Shown: one piece after another, positions 29,201-37,509 of the stretch
Layout of the letters: each line of letters starts with the position of its first letter
How positions within the stretch are numbered: position 1 is the stretch's first letter
NCBI GenBank assembly: GCA_964629065.1
Contig: CAZVOZ010000002.1
Coordinates: forward strand, 13,260-59,221
Direction: 5' to 3'
Length of the DNA: 45,962 nt
DNA from: an uncultured Candidatus Peribacteria bacterium
GTDB taxonomy: Bacteria; Patescibacteriota; Gracilibacteria; UBA1369; LOWO2-01-FULL-3
Program-made: the position numbers and the translations under genes
The notes under the pieces: model-generated
The model's input: only the letters and a program-made list of their open reading frames with translations
What the model was told of the DNA's origin: nothing
Databases searched by the model: none

Positions 29201-30145
29201 ACGAAGATCTGGTGGGATGATCGGCAAAGTGGTCATGATGAACCATTCTGGTTTGATGCCAGATTTTTCAAGGCTGCCAGCGAGTTTAATGCGTTTGATG
29301 ATTTTTTTCTTCTTTTGGCCGCTGGATTTTTTGGCTTCTTCGTTGAGTGAGTCGACGAGCGCTTTGAGGTCGATGGCGGCGATGATATCGCGGATGGTTT
29401 CGGCGCCAGTGCCGGCTTTGAAGATGTGGCCGAATTTCATCGACATAGTGCGATATTCCATTTCGGAATAAACTGCGCCGAGAGTGAGTTTGTCCAAAAG
29501 GTCTTTTGCTTCGGAATGTTGGTATTCGAGTTCGTCGATTTGTTCAGCATAGTATTCTTCCAATTCGATGGAAGCGTGTTTTTTCATTTTTTCGTCATCG
29601 ATTTTTTCGATTTCGAGATTTTTTTCTTTGAATTCGTCTTGGATTTTGGACTTTTGGCCTTTGTATTCGGTGTCGAGGCTGCGGAGGGATTCTTCGCGGG
29701 CTTCTTTGTCGACATGGGAAACGATGTAGGCGGCGAAGTAGACGACTTGTTCAAGAGTTTTAATTGGTAAGTCGAGAAGAAGTCCGATACGGCTTGGTGT
29801 AGAGCGCAAAAACCAAATGTGCGTAACTGGTACGGCTAATTTGATGTGGCCCATGCGTTTGCGGCGAACGGAAGAGTGGGTGACTTCGACACCACACTTT
29901 TCGCAGATTACGCCTTTGTAGCGGATTCTTTTGTATTTTCCGCAGTAACATTCGTAGTTCTTGGTCGGACCGAAAATTTTCTCACAGAAGAGACCATCGC
30001 GTTCTGGCTTTTGGGTGCGATAGTTGATTGTTTCTGGTTTTTTTACTTCGCCAGTGGACCAGCCGAGAATTTCTTCCGGAGAGGCGACCGAGAGCGTGAT
30101 CGCGTCGAAGCGATCTTTTTGCTGTTTGTCATCGTGATGCATCAT
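26264..30145 (-). CDS. rpoC: DNA-directed RNA polymerase subunit beta'
   Basis: 1293 aa. Has the N-terminal zinc finger [23 protein letters not shown], the catalytic [12 protein letters not shown] and conserved trigger-loop/bridge-helix regions. Confidence 0.97.
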   Translation of the reverse strand: MMHHDDKQQKDRFDAITLSVASPEEILGWSTGEVKKPETINYRTQKPERDGLFCEKIFGPTKNYECYCGKYKRIRYKGVICEKCGVEVTHSSVRRKRMGHIKLAVPVTHIWFLRSTPSRIGLLLDLPIKTLEQVVYFAAYIVSHVDKEAREESLRSLDTEYKGQKSKIQDEFKEKNLEIEKIDDEKMKKHASIELEEYYAEQIDELEYQHSEAKDLLDKLTLGAVYSEMEYRTMSMKFGHIFKAGTGAETIRDIIAAIDLKALVDSLNEEAKKSSGQKKKKIIKRIKLAGSLEKSGIKPEWFIMTTLPIIPPDLRPMVQLDGGRFAASDLNDLYRRVINRNNRLRRLMSIGAPEVICRNEKRMLQEAVDTLLNNSARAGKTVFSAGDKRKLRSLSDMLKGKQGRFRQNLLGKRVDYSGRSVIVIGPKLKLNQCGIPKLMAVELFKPFIIGRLIRDGFAHNIKNAEKLITAGKREVWDILEEVTKNHFVLLNRAPTLHRLGIQAFQPVLIEGKAIQVHPLVCAAFNADFDGDQMAIHIPLSKAAQEECKTLMLSSRNLLKPSAGEPIVTPTQDMVLGCYYLTRMRSGLIGEGMAFASVEEAIIAYQGGHVHIQAQIKCRVGEEILETTVGRLIFNSFIPEGLPFYNEPVGKKRLGLIVSESYEKLGIQTTAKLTDDLKDCGFRFATKSGISVSQDDMHIPSEKDKILEDASEVVKQISDYYSKGVITEDERYNHAIRIWAQAKSDITVKMINGIEENNSIFYMIDSGARGNWGQITQLCGMKGLVANPAGKTIELPIRSNLKEGFKILEYFIATHGGRKGKSDTALKTAEAGYLTRRLVDSNQDVVIREPDCGADSWHLITRAESEQIGEKFEVRIYGRTLGEDLKDKKGKLIGKRNEIIEKDTIEAIKEADIDEVKVRSVMTCETEGGICIKCYGKDLGTNREVQIGTAVGIIAAQSIGEPGTQLTMRTFHMGGVAEGSDITQGLTRVEELFEARTPKSPATIAEIDGNVKIRQKGKISEIVITSDAPVETLYLLDEDLEVTVKEGDEVKVKTTLAKGGDGKAAVKSKEEGKVVKVAESHIVIKSHDKVEKVYTVPQNRTIIVQNKDNIKKGQPLTNGHLDLRELMLLSDEYTAQKYIVSEVQSIYASQGQSINDKHIEIIARQMLSKVRLGDSGDSDFLPGEIIDIIRFNKTNRELLKKNKKPAKGERLLLGLTRVALYTDSWLSAASFQETIRVLVEASTTNRIDNLEGLKENVIIGKLIPAGATFRKLKGESERVEEIFNDNPEKSLPII

Positions 30146-30179
30146 AACTTTGAAAGGTAAGTTGATTGATTATGCCTTT

Positions 30180-30743
30180 TTAGAGGCCAAGATCGCGATT
30201 GATCGGATCTTCTTTTTGGTTAGTTTCTTCTTCTGGGGTTACTGTCGGAGCTGGTTCAGCTGGAGCTTCGTAAGATGGAGTTTCGTATGCTGGAGTTTCG
30301 TAAGATGGAGCTTCGGCGATTGGTCTTTCGCTGACTTCTTCGTCGTAGTTGCCGAAAACATTTTCTTCTTCTTCAGGGATGTAGTCGTTGTAGTCGCCGC
30401 CTTCTTCACGGTTGCGTTTTTCGAGGCGGATCATGTCTTTGACAACGATTTCCGTTTTGAATTTGCGTACGCCATCGAGGCTATCCCAGCTACGAGTTTT
30501 AAGGTAGCCTTCGACATAAACCAGTTGGCCTTTTTTAAGATGTTGACTACATATTTCGGCAAGGCGTGCCCAAGCGACGCATTCGTGGAATTCGGCGGAG
30601 TTTTTGCGTTCGCCATTTTTTGTGGCCCATTCGCGATTGGTCGCGAGGCCGAATGTTACGACGCTTTGGCCGTTTGGGGTTTGGCGCATTTCAGGATCGC
30701 GAGTGAGGTTACCGACTAAAATTACTTTATTAACGCTTCTCAT
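30180..30743 (-). CDS. ssb: Single-stranded DNA-binding protein (OB-fold SSB) with atypical C-terminal tail
   Basis: 187 aa. The N-terminal OB fold is canonical (VNKVILVGNLTRDPEMRQTPNGQSVVTFGLATNR...AEFHECVAWARLAEICSQHLKKGQLVYVEGYLKTRSW). The acidic, Pro-rich tail ends in ...EDPINRDLGL. The gene lies 17 nt after the rpoB stop and 34 nt before the rpoC start. Confidence 0.88.
   Translation of the reverse strand: MRSVNKVILVGNLTRDPEMRQTPNGQSVVTFGLATNREWATKNGERKNSAEFHECVAWARLAEICSQHLKKGQLVYVEGYLKTRSWDSLDGVRKFKTEIVVKDMIRLEKRNREEGGDYNDYIPEEEENVFGNYDEEVSERPIAEAPSYETPAYETPSYEAPAEPAPTVTPEEETNQKEDPINRDLGL
30261..30320 (-). repeat. Four tandem 15-nt repeats inside the ssb tail-coding region
   Basis: On the + strand the units are TGGAGCTTCGTAAGA / TGGAGTTTCGTATGC / TGGAGTTTCGTAAGA / TGGAGCTTCGGCGAT. 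They encode the pentapeptide repeats ...IAEAPSYETPAYETPSYEAP.... Confidence 0.8.
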
Positions 30744-30760
30744 GTTGTTAGATTTAGATG

Positions 30761-33700
30761 TTAGATTTCTTCGCTTTCTTCAGCGATTTCTTCGGCGAGG
30801 CTTTCGTCGCCTGCGGTGCCTTCGGAGTCTTGTTTGATTTCTTCAAGTACTTCTGGGGCAATGCCTTCGCGGATTTCTGGGTCTTCGTTGAGGAAGATTT
30901 CTTCGCTTTCTTCTTCCGCGGCTTCTTTGCCTTCGGTGTCCATCAATTTGACGGAGAGACCAAGACTTTGGAGCTCTTTTGTCAAGACATTGAAGGATTC
31001 TGGGACGCGTGGCTTGCGGATCATTTCGCCTTTGACGATTGATTCGTAAGCTTTGGAGCGGCCGTAAACATCATCGGATTTGATTGTGAGCATTTCTTGG
31101 AGGATGTGTGCGGCGCCGTAAGCTTCGAGGGCCCAAACTTCCATCTCCCCGAAACGCTGACCACCGTGCTGGGCTTTACCACCAAGAGGTTGTTGAGTAA
31201 CGAGAGAGTAAGGACCAACGGAACGAGCGTGGATTTTGTCTTCGACCAAGTGGTTGAGCTTGAGCATGTAAGCGATACCAACGGTTACTGGGCGATCAAA
31301 TGGTTCGCCAGTTTTACCGTCGAAGAGAGTGATTTTACCTTCTTTTGGTAAGCCTGCTTCGATAAGAGTATCTTCGATTTGTTGTGTAGTGATCCCGTTA
31401 AGGGCTGGTGTAGCAACGGTGAAGCCGAGTTCTCTTGCGGCCCATCCGAGATGGGTTTCGAGGATTTGGCCGATGTTCATACGGCTGGAAACACCGAGAG
31501 GATTGAGGATGATGTCGATCGGCGTGCCGTTTGGTAGGAATGGCATGTCTTCTTGTGGTACGACGATTGAGACGACACCTTTGTTACCGTGGCGGCCGGC
31601 CATTTTATCGCCGACTTGGATTTTGCGTGTTTGCGCAACATTGACTTTGATTTGTTTGAGGACGCCAGTTGGGAGTTCGTCGCCGGCTTCTTTTGTAAAG
31701 ATTTGGATGCCGACAACTTTTCCACCTTCGCCACCAGGGAGTCGGAGGGAGCTGTCTTTGACATCGCGGGCTTTGTCGCCGAAGATGGCGCGAAGTAGGC
31801 GTTCTTCTGCGGTAAGTTCGGTTTCACCTTTTGGAGTGATTTTACCGACGAGGATGTCGCCTTCTTTTACAGTTGCGCCGATGCGGACGACACCTTGGTC
31901 GTCGAGGTCTTTTAATTTAGTTTCGCCGACATTTGGGATGTCGCGCGTGATTACTTCAGGGCCGAGTTTGGTTTCACGGACATCCATAACATAACTTTCG
32001 ATATGAACGGAGTCGTAGAAGCCTTCTTTGACCATGCGTTCGGAGATGATGATCGCATCTTCGAAGTTGTAGCCTTCCCAAGCCATGTAGGCAACGAGGA
32101 GGTTTTGGCCGAGGGCGAGTTCGCCTTTGTCCGTTGCTGGACCGTCGGCGAGGAGGTCGCCTTTTTTCACTTTTTGGCCTTTTTCAACCATGGCGCGTTG
32201 GTGGATACAAGTGCCTTGGTTGGAGCGTTCGTAGTTTTTGAGGTTGTAAGTAGATTTTTTACCGTTTTTGTAAATGACGACAATTGTTTGGCCATCAACA
32301 TAGGAGATTTCACCGTCCATTTCGGCGGTGATTACTTGGCCAGAAGATTTGGCGGCAAGTTCTTCGATACCGGTTCCGACGACAGGAGCTTCGGCAGAGA
32401 TGAGGGAAACGGCTTGGCGTTGCATGTTTGAACCCATCGAAGCACGAGTGTTATCATCATGCTCCAAGAATGGAATCAAAGAAGTTGTGATCGAGATGAT
32501 TTGTTTTGGTGAAACGTCGATGTGGGTGATTTCGTCGACATGAGCCAATAGTGGTTCGCCTCCTTTGCGCGCGGAAACGCGTGTAGCGACGAATTGGCCT
32601 TTTTCGTTTAGTTCGGAGTTGGCTTGTGCGGCGATGATGCTCTTTTCTTCTTCGGCGTCGAAGTAGATGATTTCGTCGGTGACGAATGGTTTAACTTTTT
32701 TGCCGTTGAGAGTTGAAGAAACTTTGCGGAAAGGTGTTTCGATGAAGCCATATTCATTGATTTTGGCGTAGGTAGCCAAGTGGACAACGAGACCGATGTT
32801 TGGACCTTCCGGTGTGGCGATCGGACAGATGCGGCCGTAATGAGATTGATGTACATCACGAACATCAAAGGATGCGCGTTCGCGGGAAAGACCACCGGGG
32901 CCCATCGCGGAAAGGCGGCGTTTGTGTTCGAGTTCGGCCAATGGATTGGTTTGATCCATGAACTGAGAAAGCTGAGAGCTGGCGAAGAATTCGCGTAGAG
33001 CAGCGGTGATTGGCCGTGAGTTGATCAATTGCGTTGGAGTGACGGTTTCGAGATCCATCACAGTCATACGATCTTTCGCGATACGATCGGTGCGGAGGAT
33101 ACCAACGCGGAATTTGTTTTGGACAAGTTCGCCAACTGGGCGAATGCGGCGGTTTGAAAGGTGATCGATGTCGTCGGCTTCGATTTCGCCGTTGTTCAAA
33201 AGGACAAGGTGGCGAAGGATTTCGACGAGGTCTTTGACTTGGAAAGTGTGATATTTTTTCTTATTTGGAGTGTCGAGGCCGAAGCGTTTGTTGAGTTTGT
33301 AGCGTGCAACAGTGCCCATGTCGTATTTGCGATAGTCAAAGAACATTGATTGGATCAAGGCTTTGGCATTTTCGACGGTGGCGAGGTCGCCAGGGCGGAT
33401 TTTTTTGTAGATGTTTTGGTAAGCTTCATCGACGGTTTTGGCTGGATCTTTTTCTAAAGTAGAAAGGATGTAATCGCTTTCGATGCCAGCGGTGACATCT
33501 TTGAATAGTTCGAGGATGTCTTTGTCTTTTTCGTAGCCGAAAACGCGTAATAGGGAAGTGATGTGAATTTTGCGCTTGCGGTCGATTTTTACGGTGATAA
33601 CGCCTTTTTTGTCGGTTTCAATTTCGAGCCATGCGCCGCGTTTTGGGATGATTTTTGCGCCGTGCATGCCGGTAACGCCAGCGTTTTTTGAGAAGAATAC

Positions 33701-34174
33701 GCCTGGAGAACGGACGATTTGGCTGACGACGACGCGTTCGATACCATTGATGATAAAGGTTCCGCGTTCGGTCATTAGTGGAATGTTGCCGAGGAAGATG
33801 TCTTGTTCTTTAATTTCACCGCTTTCTTTGTTGATAAGCTGGACATGCACTTTTAGAGGTGCTTCGTAAGTGAGGTTTTTGTTCTTGGCGATTTCGGCGT
33901 CGTATTTGGCTTCGCCATAAGAATGTTCGAGGAAGTGCAACTCCAGTCTTTTGCCAGAGAAGTCTTGGATTGGAGTGATTTCGTCGAGGAGTTCGCGTAC
34001 ACCTTCTTCGAGAAACCATTCGTAAGAATTGAGTTGGATTTCGATTAGGTTTGGAACTGGGACTTTTTTGTCCATCTGCTCGCTGAAATAGCGGCGGGGA
34101 CTATTCAAAATAACCGGATCTTTCTTTTCCGGTTTTTCCGCTTTGGTAGCGGAAGAACTTTTGGTTTTCGGCAT
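30761..34174 (-). CDS. rpoB: DNA-directed RNA polymerase subunit beta
   Basis: 1137 aa. Has conserved blocks ([46 protein letters not shown]) and an acidic C-terminal extension of about 60 aa. Confidence 0.97.
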   Translation of the reverse strand: MPKTKSSSATKAEKPEKKDPVILNSPRRYFSEQMDKKVPVPNLIEIQLNSYEWFLEEGVRELLDEITPIQDFSGKRLELHFLEHSYGEAKYDAEIAKNKNLTYEAPLKVHVQLINKESGEIKEQDIFLGNIPLMTERGTFIINGIERVVVSQIVRSPGVFFSKNAGVTGMHGAKIIPKRGAWLEIETDKKGVITVKIDRKRKIHITSLLRVFGYEKDKDILELFKDVTAGIESDYILSTLEKDPAKTVDEAYQNIYKKIRPGDLATVENAKALIQSMFFDYRKYDMGTVARYKLNKRFGLDTPNKKKYHTFQVKDLVEILRHLVLLNNGEIEADDIDHLSNRRIRPVGELVQNKFRVGILRTDRIAKDRMTVMDLETVTPTQLINSRPITAALREFFASSQLSQFMDQTNPLAELEHKRRLSAMGPGGLSRERASFDVRDVHQSHYGRICPIATPEGPNIGLVVHLATYAKINEYGFIETPFRKVSSTLNGKKVKPFVTDEIIYFDAEEEKSIIAAQANSELNEKGQFVATRVSARKGGEPLLAHVDEITHIDVSPKQIISITTSLIPFLEHDDNTRASMGSNMQRQAVSLISAEAPVVGTGIEELAAKSSGQVITAEMDGEISYVDGQTIVVIYKNGKKSTYNLKNYERSNQGTCIHQRAMVEKGQKVKKGDLLADGPATDKGELALGQNLLVAYMAWEGYNFEDAIIISERMVKEGFYDSVHIESYVMDVRETKLGPEVITRDIPNVGETKLKDLDDQGVVRIGATVKEGDILVGKITPKGETELTAEERLLRAIFGDKARDVKDSSLRLPGGEGGKVVGIQIFTKEAGDELPTGVLKQIKVNVAQTRKIQVGDKMAGRHGNKGVVSIVVPQEDMPFLPNGTPIDIILNPLGVSSRMNIGQILETHLGWAARELGFTVATPALNGITTQQIEDTLIEAGLPKEGKITLFDGKTGEPFDRPVTVGIAYMLKLNHLVEDKIHARSVGPYSLVTQQPLGGKAQHGGQRFGEMEVWALEAYGAAHILQEMLTIKSDDVYGRSKAYESIVKGEMIRKPRVPESFNVLTKELQSLGLSVKLMDTEGKEAAEEESEEIFLNEDPEIREGIAPEVLEEIKQDSEGTAGDESLAEEIAEESEEI

Positions 34175-34246
34175 GGTTAAGGTAGTAATAGATGAATTTT
34201 GACTACCTGATCAAACCTTAACTCTTCTGTAGGGGTAGCGAGGATT

Positions 34247-34275
34247 AGTATATTGATGAGGAATGAGTATGTCAA
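34247..34275 (-). promoter_or_regulatory. Sigma70-like promoter of rpoB (TTGACA-N17-TATACT)
   Basis: On the minus strand the -35 is TTGACA (34270-34275), followed by a 17-nt spacer and the -10 TATACT (34247-34252). A heptad array abuts the -35. The leader before the rpoB ATG is about 70 nt. Confidence 0.6.
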
Positions 34276-34276
34276 A

Positions 34277-34349
34277 CAAATTAGAAATTAGAGATTAAAA
34301 GTAAAAGTTAAATTTTATTTTTAATATTTAATTTGTAATCTGTAATTTC
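34277..34349 (-). repeat. Heptad-array inverted repeat (cassette copy 2)
   Basis: On the + strand the heptads CAAATTA GAAATTA GAGATTA (34277-34297) face TAATATT TAATTTG TAATCTG TAATTTC (34322-34349). The last heptad overlaps the stop codon of the ABC permease. The centre is AT-only, with no GC stem. Confidence 0.75.
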
Positions 34350-35611
34350 TAGTTCCGAAGGTTCTCCATTGGGCTGATGTGGGCGGCTTTTTCGGAGGGG
34401 ATGAGGGCGGCGAGGAGGGTGATGCCGGTGCCGAGAAGGAGGCTTTTGATAATGTTTTCTGTTGTGATGAGGAAGATTTTTTCGGGGATAATGCTGAGGT
34501 CGCTGAATTGGTTGAGGATTTGGGTAGTCAAAATTTCGCTAGTGATGAGGCCGAGGAGGATGCCGGTGAAGGAGCCGAGGAGGCCGATGATGAGGGCTTC
34601 TTGGAGGATGAGGATGCGGAGGTGGTTTTTGGTGGCGCCGATTGCTTTGAGGAGGCCGATTTCTTTTTTGCGTTCGCTGATTGTGGCGAGGAAGGTGCTG
34701 AGAATGGCGACGGCGGCGGTGATTAGGATGATTAGGCTGATGATTTGGAGAGCGTTTTCGATGTAGATTAGTTTCGATTCGACGCTGGCGAAGTTTTTTT
34801 GGAGGTAGTCGGTGGTGAAACCGAGTTGGTTGATTTCGCTGGCGATTTGGGTAGTCAACGCGGGGGATGTCGTTTCTATAAACAGTTTTAGGAAGGTGTC
34901 GGTTGTTTTGTTGAGTAGTTCTTGGTTGAGTTTTTCGACTAGTTGGTTGGGAACGGTGATGCCGATGAGGTCGATTTTGTCGGAGAAGCCAATGACTTTG
35001 AATTTGATGCTTTGGTCCTTGATGTTTTCGATTGGGAAGAAAACGGAAGTGCCTGGCTCGAGGGTGAGGATTTTGCCGATGAGGTTTTTTTCTTCGAAGC
35101 GTGGGAGGTTTTGGGGGATGGCGATGGTAAAGTTGTAGATGTCGAGGAATTTGCGTGGGATGAGGGCGGGGTAGGGTTCGGTGTCGCTTTGCCAAATTTT
35201 GGCGTCGATTTCGAGGAATTCCGAAGGGAGCCCGAAAACCATTGTGTCGGTCTTGAGTTGAAAACCGAGGACGCTGCTGGTGAGGGAAGAGAAGGTTTCG
35301 AGTTGGGTTTGGGGGTAGATTGCTTTGATGCCTTTGATTTGTTCGATCGCTTTGATGTCAGCGGCGGTGAGTTTGTTTGTTTGGTTGCGGTTGAAGAGGG
35401 AAATGAGGTTTTGGTCGTCGAGGCTGGGTTGGACGGTGATTTGGGTGAGCGGTTGGGTGTTTTTTAGTTCTTGAAAGGTGCCTTCTTTTAGGCCGGCGCT
35501 GAAGGAACTGAAAGTAAAGACGGAGGCCGTGGCGATGGCGATGCTGAGGCCACTGATTAAGTGTCTTGGGAGGCGTTGGCGGAGGTTTTTGAGGGTGAGT
35601 TTTAAGAGCAT
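34349..35611 (-). CDS. ABC transporter permease, FtsX/MacB-type
   Basis: 420 aa. Has an N-terminal TM helix, a large extracytoplasmic domain of about 250 aa and a C-terminal FtsX-like 3-TM bundle (..[17 protein letters not shown]..). It overlaps the upstream ATPase gene by 10 nt. Confidence 0.8.
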   Translation of the reverse strand: MLLKLTLKNLRQRLPRHLISGLSIAIATASVFTFSSFSAGLKEGTFQELKNTQPLTQITVQPSLDDQNLISLFNRNQTNKLTAADIKAIEQIKGIKAIYPQTQLETFSSLTSSVLGFQLKTDTMVFGLPSEFLEIDAKIWQSDTEPYPALIPRKFLDIYNFTIAIPQNLPRFEEKNLIGKILTLEPGTSVFFPIENIKDQSIKFKVIGFSDKIDLIGITVPNQLVEKLNQELLNKTTDTFLKLFIETTSPALTTQIASEINQLGFTTDYLQKNFASVESKLIYIENALQIISLIILITAAVAILSTFLATISERKKEIGLLKAIGATKNHLRILILQEALIIGLLGSFTGILLGLITSEILTTQILNQFSDLSIIPEKIFLITTENIIKSLLLGTGITLLAALIPSEKAAHISPMENLRN

Positions 35612-36192
35612 TTGCCGTCTTTTATGTGGATAATGCGGTCGGCGACTGTGGCGATTTTTTCGTCGTGGGTGGCGATGAGAAAGGTGGTGTGGTGTTTTTC
35701 GTGGATTTTTTTGAGGAGTTGGATGATTTTGGTGCCGGTTTTTTCGTCGAGGTTGCCGGTGGGTTCGTCGGCGAGGATGATTTCGGGGTTGTTGATGAAG
35801 GCGCGGGCGATGGCGACGCGTTGTTTTTGGCCGCCGGAGAGGGTTTTTGCTTTGTGGTGTTTTTTGTTGGTGAGTTCGACTTCGGCGAGGAGTTTGTCGA
35901 TGTTGTAGATTTCTTCGCTGTTAAAGTAGGTGGGGAGGAGGATGTTGTCGAGGACGGTGAAGTTTGGTTCGAGGTGGAATTCTTGGAAGATGAAGCCAAT
36001 TTTTTTGCTGTCGAGGGTGATAGAGCCTTTGGTGGGTTTGTCGAGGCCGCCGATGAGTTGGAGGAGGGTGGATTTTCCGGAGCCGGAAGGTCCGACGATG
36101 GCGACGAATTCACCGGCTTTGATTTTGATTGTAGCCTTTTTTAAAGCGCTTTCGCGGCCGAAGTTTTTTTCGAGGTTTGAGGTTTCGATCAT
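35602..36192 (-). CDS. ABC transporter ATP-binding protein (MacB/LolD-like)
   Basis: 196 aa. Has Walker [10 protein letters not shown], the Q-loop, the signature [14 protein letters not shown], Walker [12 protein letters not shown] and the H-loop ATHD. Its ATG directly follows the serS stop. Confidence 0.9.
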   Translation of the reverse strand: MIETSNLEKNFGRESALKKATIKIKAGEFVAIVGPSGSGKSTLLQLIGGLDKPTKGSITLDSKKIGFIFQEFHLEPNFTVLDNILLPTYFNSEEIYNIDKLLAEVELTNKKHHKAKTLSGGQKQRVAIARAFINNPEIILADEPTGNLDEKTGTKIIQLLKKIHEKHHTTFLIATHDEKIATVADRIIHIKDGKCS

Positions 36193-37446
36193 TTATTTTG
36201 CTTCGATTTTTTCAATTCCGCCCATCCAAGGTCGAAGGATTTCGGGAATGGTGACGCTGCCGTCGGCGTTTTGATAGTTTTCGATGATGGCGACGAGGGT
36301 GCGGCCAACAGCGATGGCGGTGCCGTTTAAGGTATGTGCGTAGAGGTTTTTGCCGTCTTCGTTTTTGTAGCGAATTTTGGCGCGGCGAGCTTGGAAGTCC
36401 GTGCAGTTGGAGCAAGAGGTGAGTTCGCGGAATTTTTCTTGGGTGGGGATCCAGACTTCGATGTCGTATTTTTTGGCGGCGGGAGCTCCGAGGTCGCCGT
36501 CGCAAATGTTGAGGACTTGGTAGTGAAAGCCGAGGTCTTGCATGATTTCTTCTTCGGTTTGGCGGATTAGTTCGTGTTCTTCCCATGTTTTGTCGGGGTG
36601 GCAGAAGGAGAACATTTCGATTTTGTTGAATTGGTGGACGCGGATGATGCCGGCGGTGTCTTTGCCGTAGGAGCCGGCTTCGCGGCGGAAACAGCTGGAG
36701 TAACCACAATAACGGATGGGCATTTTGGTTTCGTCGAGGATTTGGTCGGCGTGGAGCATGGTTAAGGGAACTTCGGATGTGCCGACGAGGTAGAGGTCGT
36801 CTTCGCCTGGATTGACATGGTAGATTTCGCTGCGGTCAGCGGGGAAAAAGCCGGTGGCGTACATGGCGGATTCTTTGACGAGTACTGGCGGGATGACTGG
36901 ATTGAAGCCTTTGGCGCGGAGTTTGTGGACGACGAATTGGACGAGCGCGAATTCGAGCAAGGCGGCTTCGTTTTTGAGGTAGTAGAAGCGGGCGCCGGAG
37001 CAGTTTACGCCGGCTTCGATGTCGATGATGTCGAGGTTTTTGCCGAGTTCGATGTGGTCTTTTGGTTCGAAATCGAATTTTGGTTTTTCGCCGTGGGTTT
37101 TGACGACGACATTTTCAGAGTCGTCTTTGCCGTGAGGGACGGATTCGTGTGGGGGATTTGGGACTTGGAGGGCGAGTTCGTCGATTTGGTTTTCGAGGGT
37201 TTCGATTTCTGGTTCGAGGGATTTGATTTGTTCTTTTAATTCGCTCATTTCAGCGATTTGTTCGGGTGTTGGTTTGCCTTTTGATGAAGCGTTTTGTTTG
37301 GCGCGGAGGGCTTCGATGGTTTGGATTTTTTCGTTGCGTTGTTCGGAGAGTTTGAGGATTTGGTCGAGGTCGACGCGGGATTTTTTGCGATTTAAGCCTT
37401 CGCGAATTTGGTCAGGGTTTTCGGTGATGAATTTGATGTCGATCAT
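36193..37446 (-). CDS. serS: Seryl-tRNA synthetase
   Basis: 417 aa. Has an N-terminal coiled-coil arm and a class II core (FRREAGS.GKDT.G..RVHQF.K.E, GTAIAVGRTLVAIIENYQ). Confidence 0.93.
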   Translation of the reverse strand: MIDIKFITENPDQIREGLNRKKSRVDLDQILKLSEQRNEKIQTIEALRAKQNASSKGKPTPEQIAEMSELKEQIKSLEPEIETLENQIDELALQVPNPPHESVPHGKDDSENVVVKTHGEKPKFDFEPKDHIELGKNLDIIDIEAGVNCSGARFYYLKNEAALLEFALVQFVVHKLRAKGFNPVIPPVLVKESAMYATGFFPADRSEIYHVNPGEDDLYLVGTSEVPLTMLHADQILDETKMPIRYCGYSSCFRREAGSYGKDTAGIIRVHQFNKIEMFSFCHPDKTWEEHELIRQTEEEIMQDLGFHYQVLNICDGDLGAPAAKKYDIEVWIPTQEKFRELTSCSNCTDFQARRAKIRYKNEDGKNLYAHTLNGTAIAVGRTLVAIIENYQNADGSVTIPEILRPWMGGIEKIEAK

Positions 37447-37450
37447 GAAA

Positions 37451-37479
37451 TTGTATTTAAGTTTAGGCGTGTGTAGAAT
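37451..37479 (+). promoter_or_regulatory. Possible promoter of the SLH-protein gene (TTGTAT-N17-TAGAAT)
   Basis: On the + strand the -35 is TTGTAT (37451-37456), followed by a 17-nt spacer and the -10 TAGAAT (37474-37479). It lies in the 63-nt divergent spacer shared with serS. Confidence 0.35.
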
Positions 37480-37485
37480 ACCTGA

Positions 37486-37506
37486 TGAATTAAGAATTAA
37501 AAATTA
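37486..37506. repeat. Third heptad array (3 x NNAATTA)
   Basis: On the + strand the heptads TGAATTA AGAATTA AAAATTA end 3 nt before the ATG at 37510. On the minus strand they read TAATTTT TAATTCT TAATTCA, upstream of serS. This is the same heptad family as at 25284-25364 and 34277-34349. Confidence 0.6.
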
Positions 37507-37509
37507 AAA

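Noticed and set aside
34539-35195. Long alternative-frame minus-strand ORFs rich in P/R/H/T/S/K. Examples are 34539..35195, 3160..3672, 3401..3910, 36212..36709, 35622..36113, 2452..2829, 44524..44856 and 45467..45895.
   Set aside because: They have low-complexity composition and lie fully inside well-supported genes in another frame or strand. They are explained by the T-poor minus strand, which depletes TAA/TAG/TGA in all three frames.
35626-36144. Long + strand antisense ORFs rich in G/F/V/E/D. Examples are 35626..36144, 123..383, 3192..3698, 26453..27277, 30150..30719, 34943..35467 and 36817..37239.
   Set aside because: They are antisense to conserved genes, with repetitive G/F/V/D/E composition and no recognisable motifs. 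They are explained by the A-poor + strand, which depletes stop codons.
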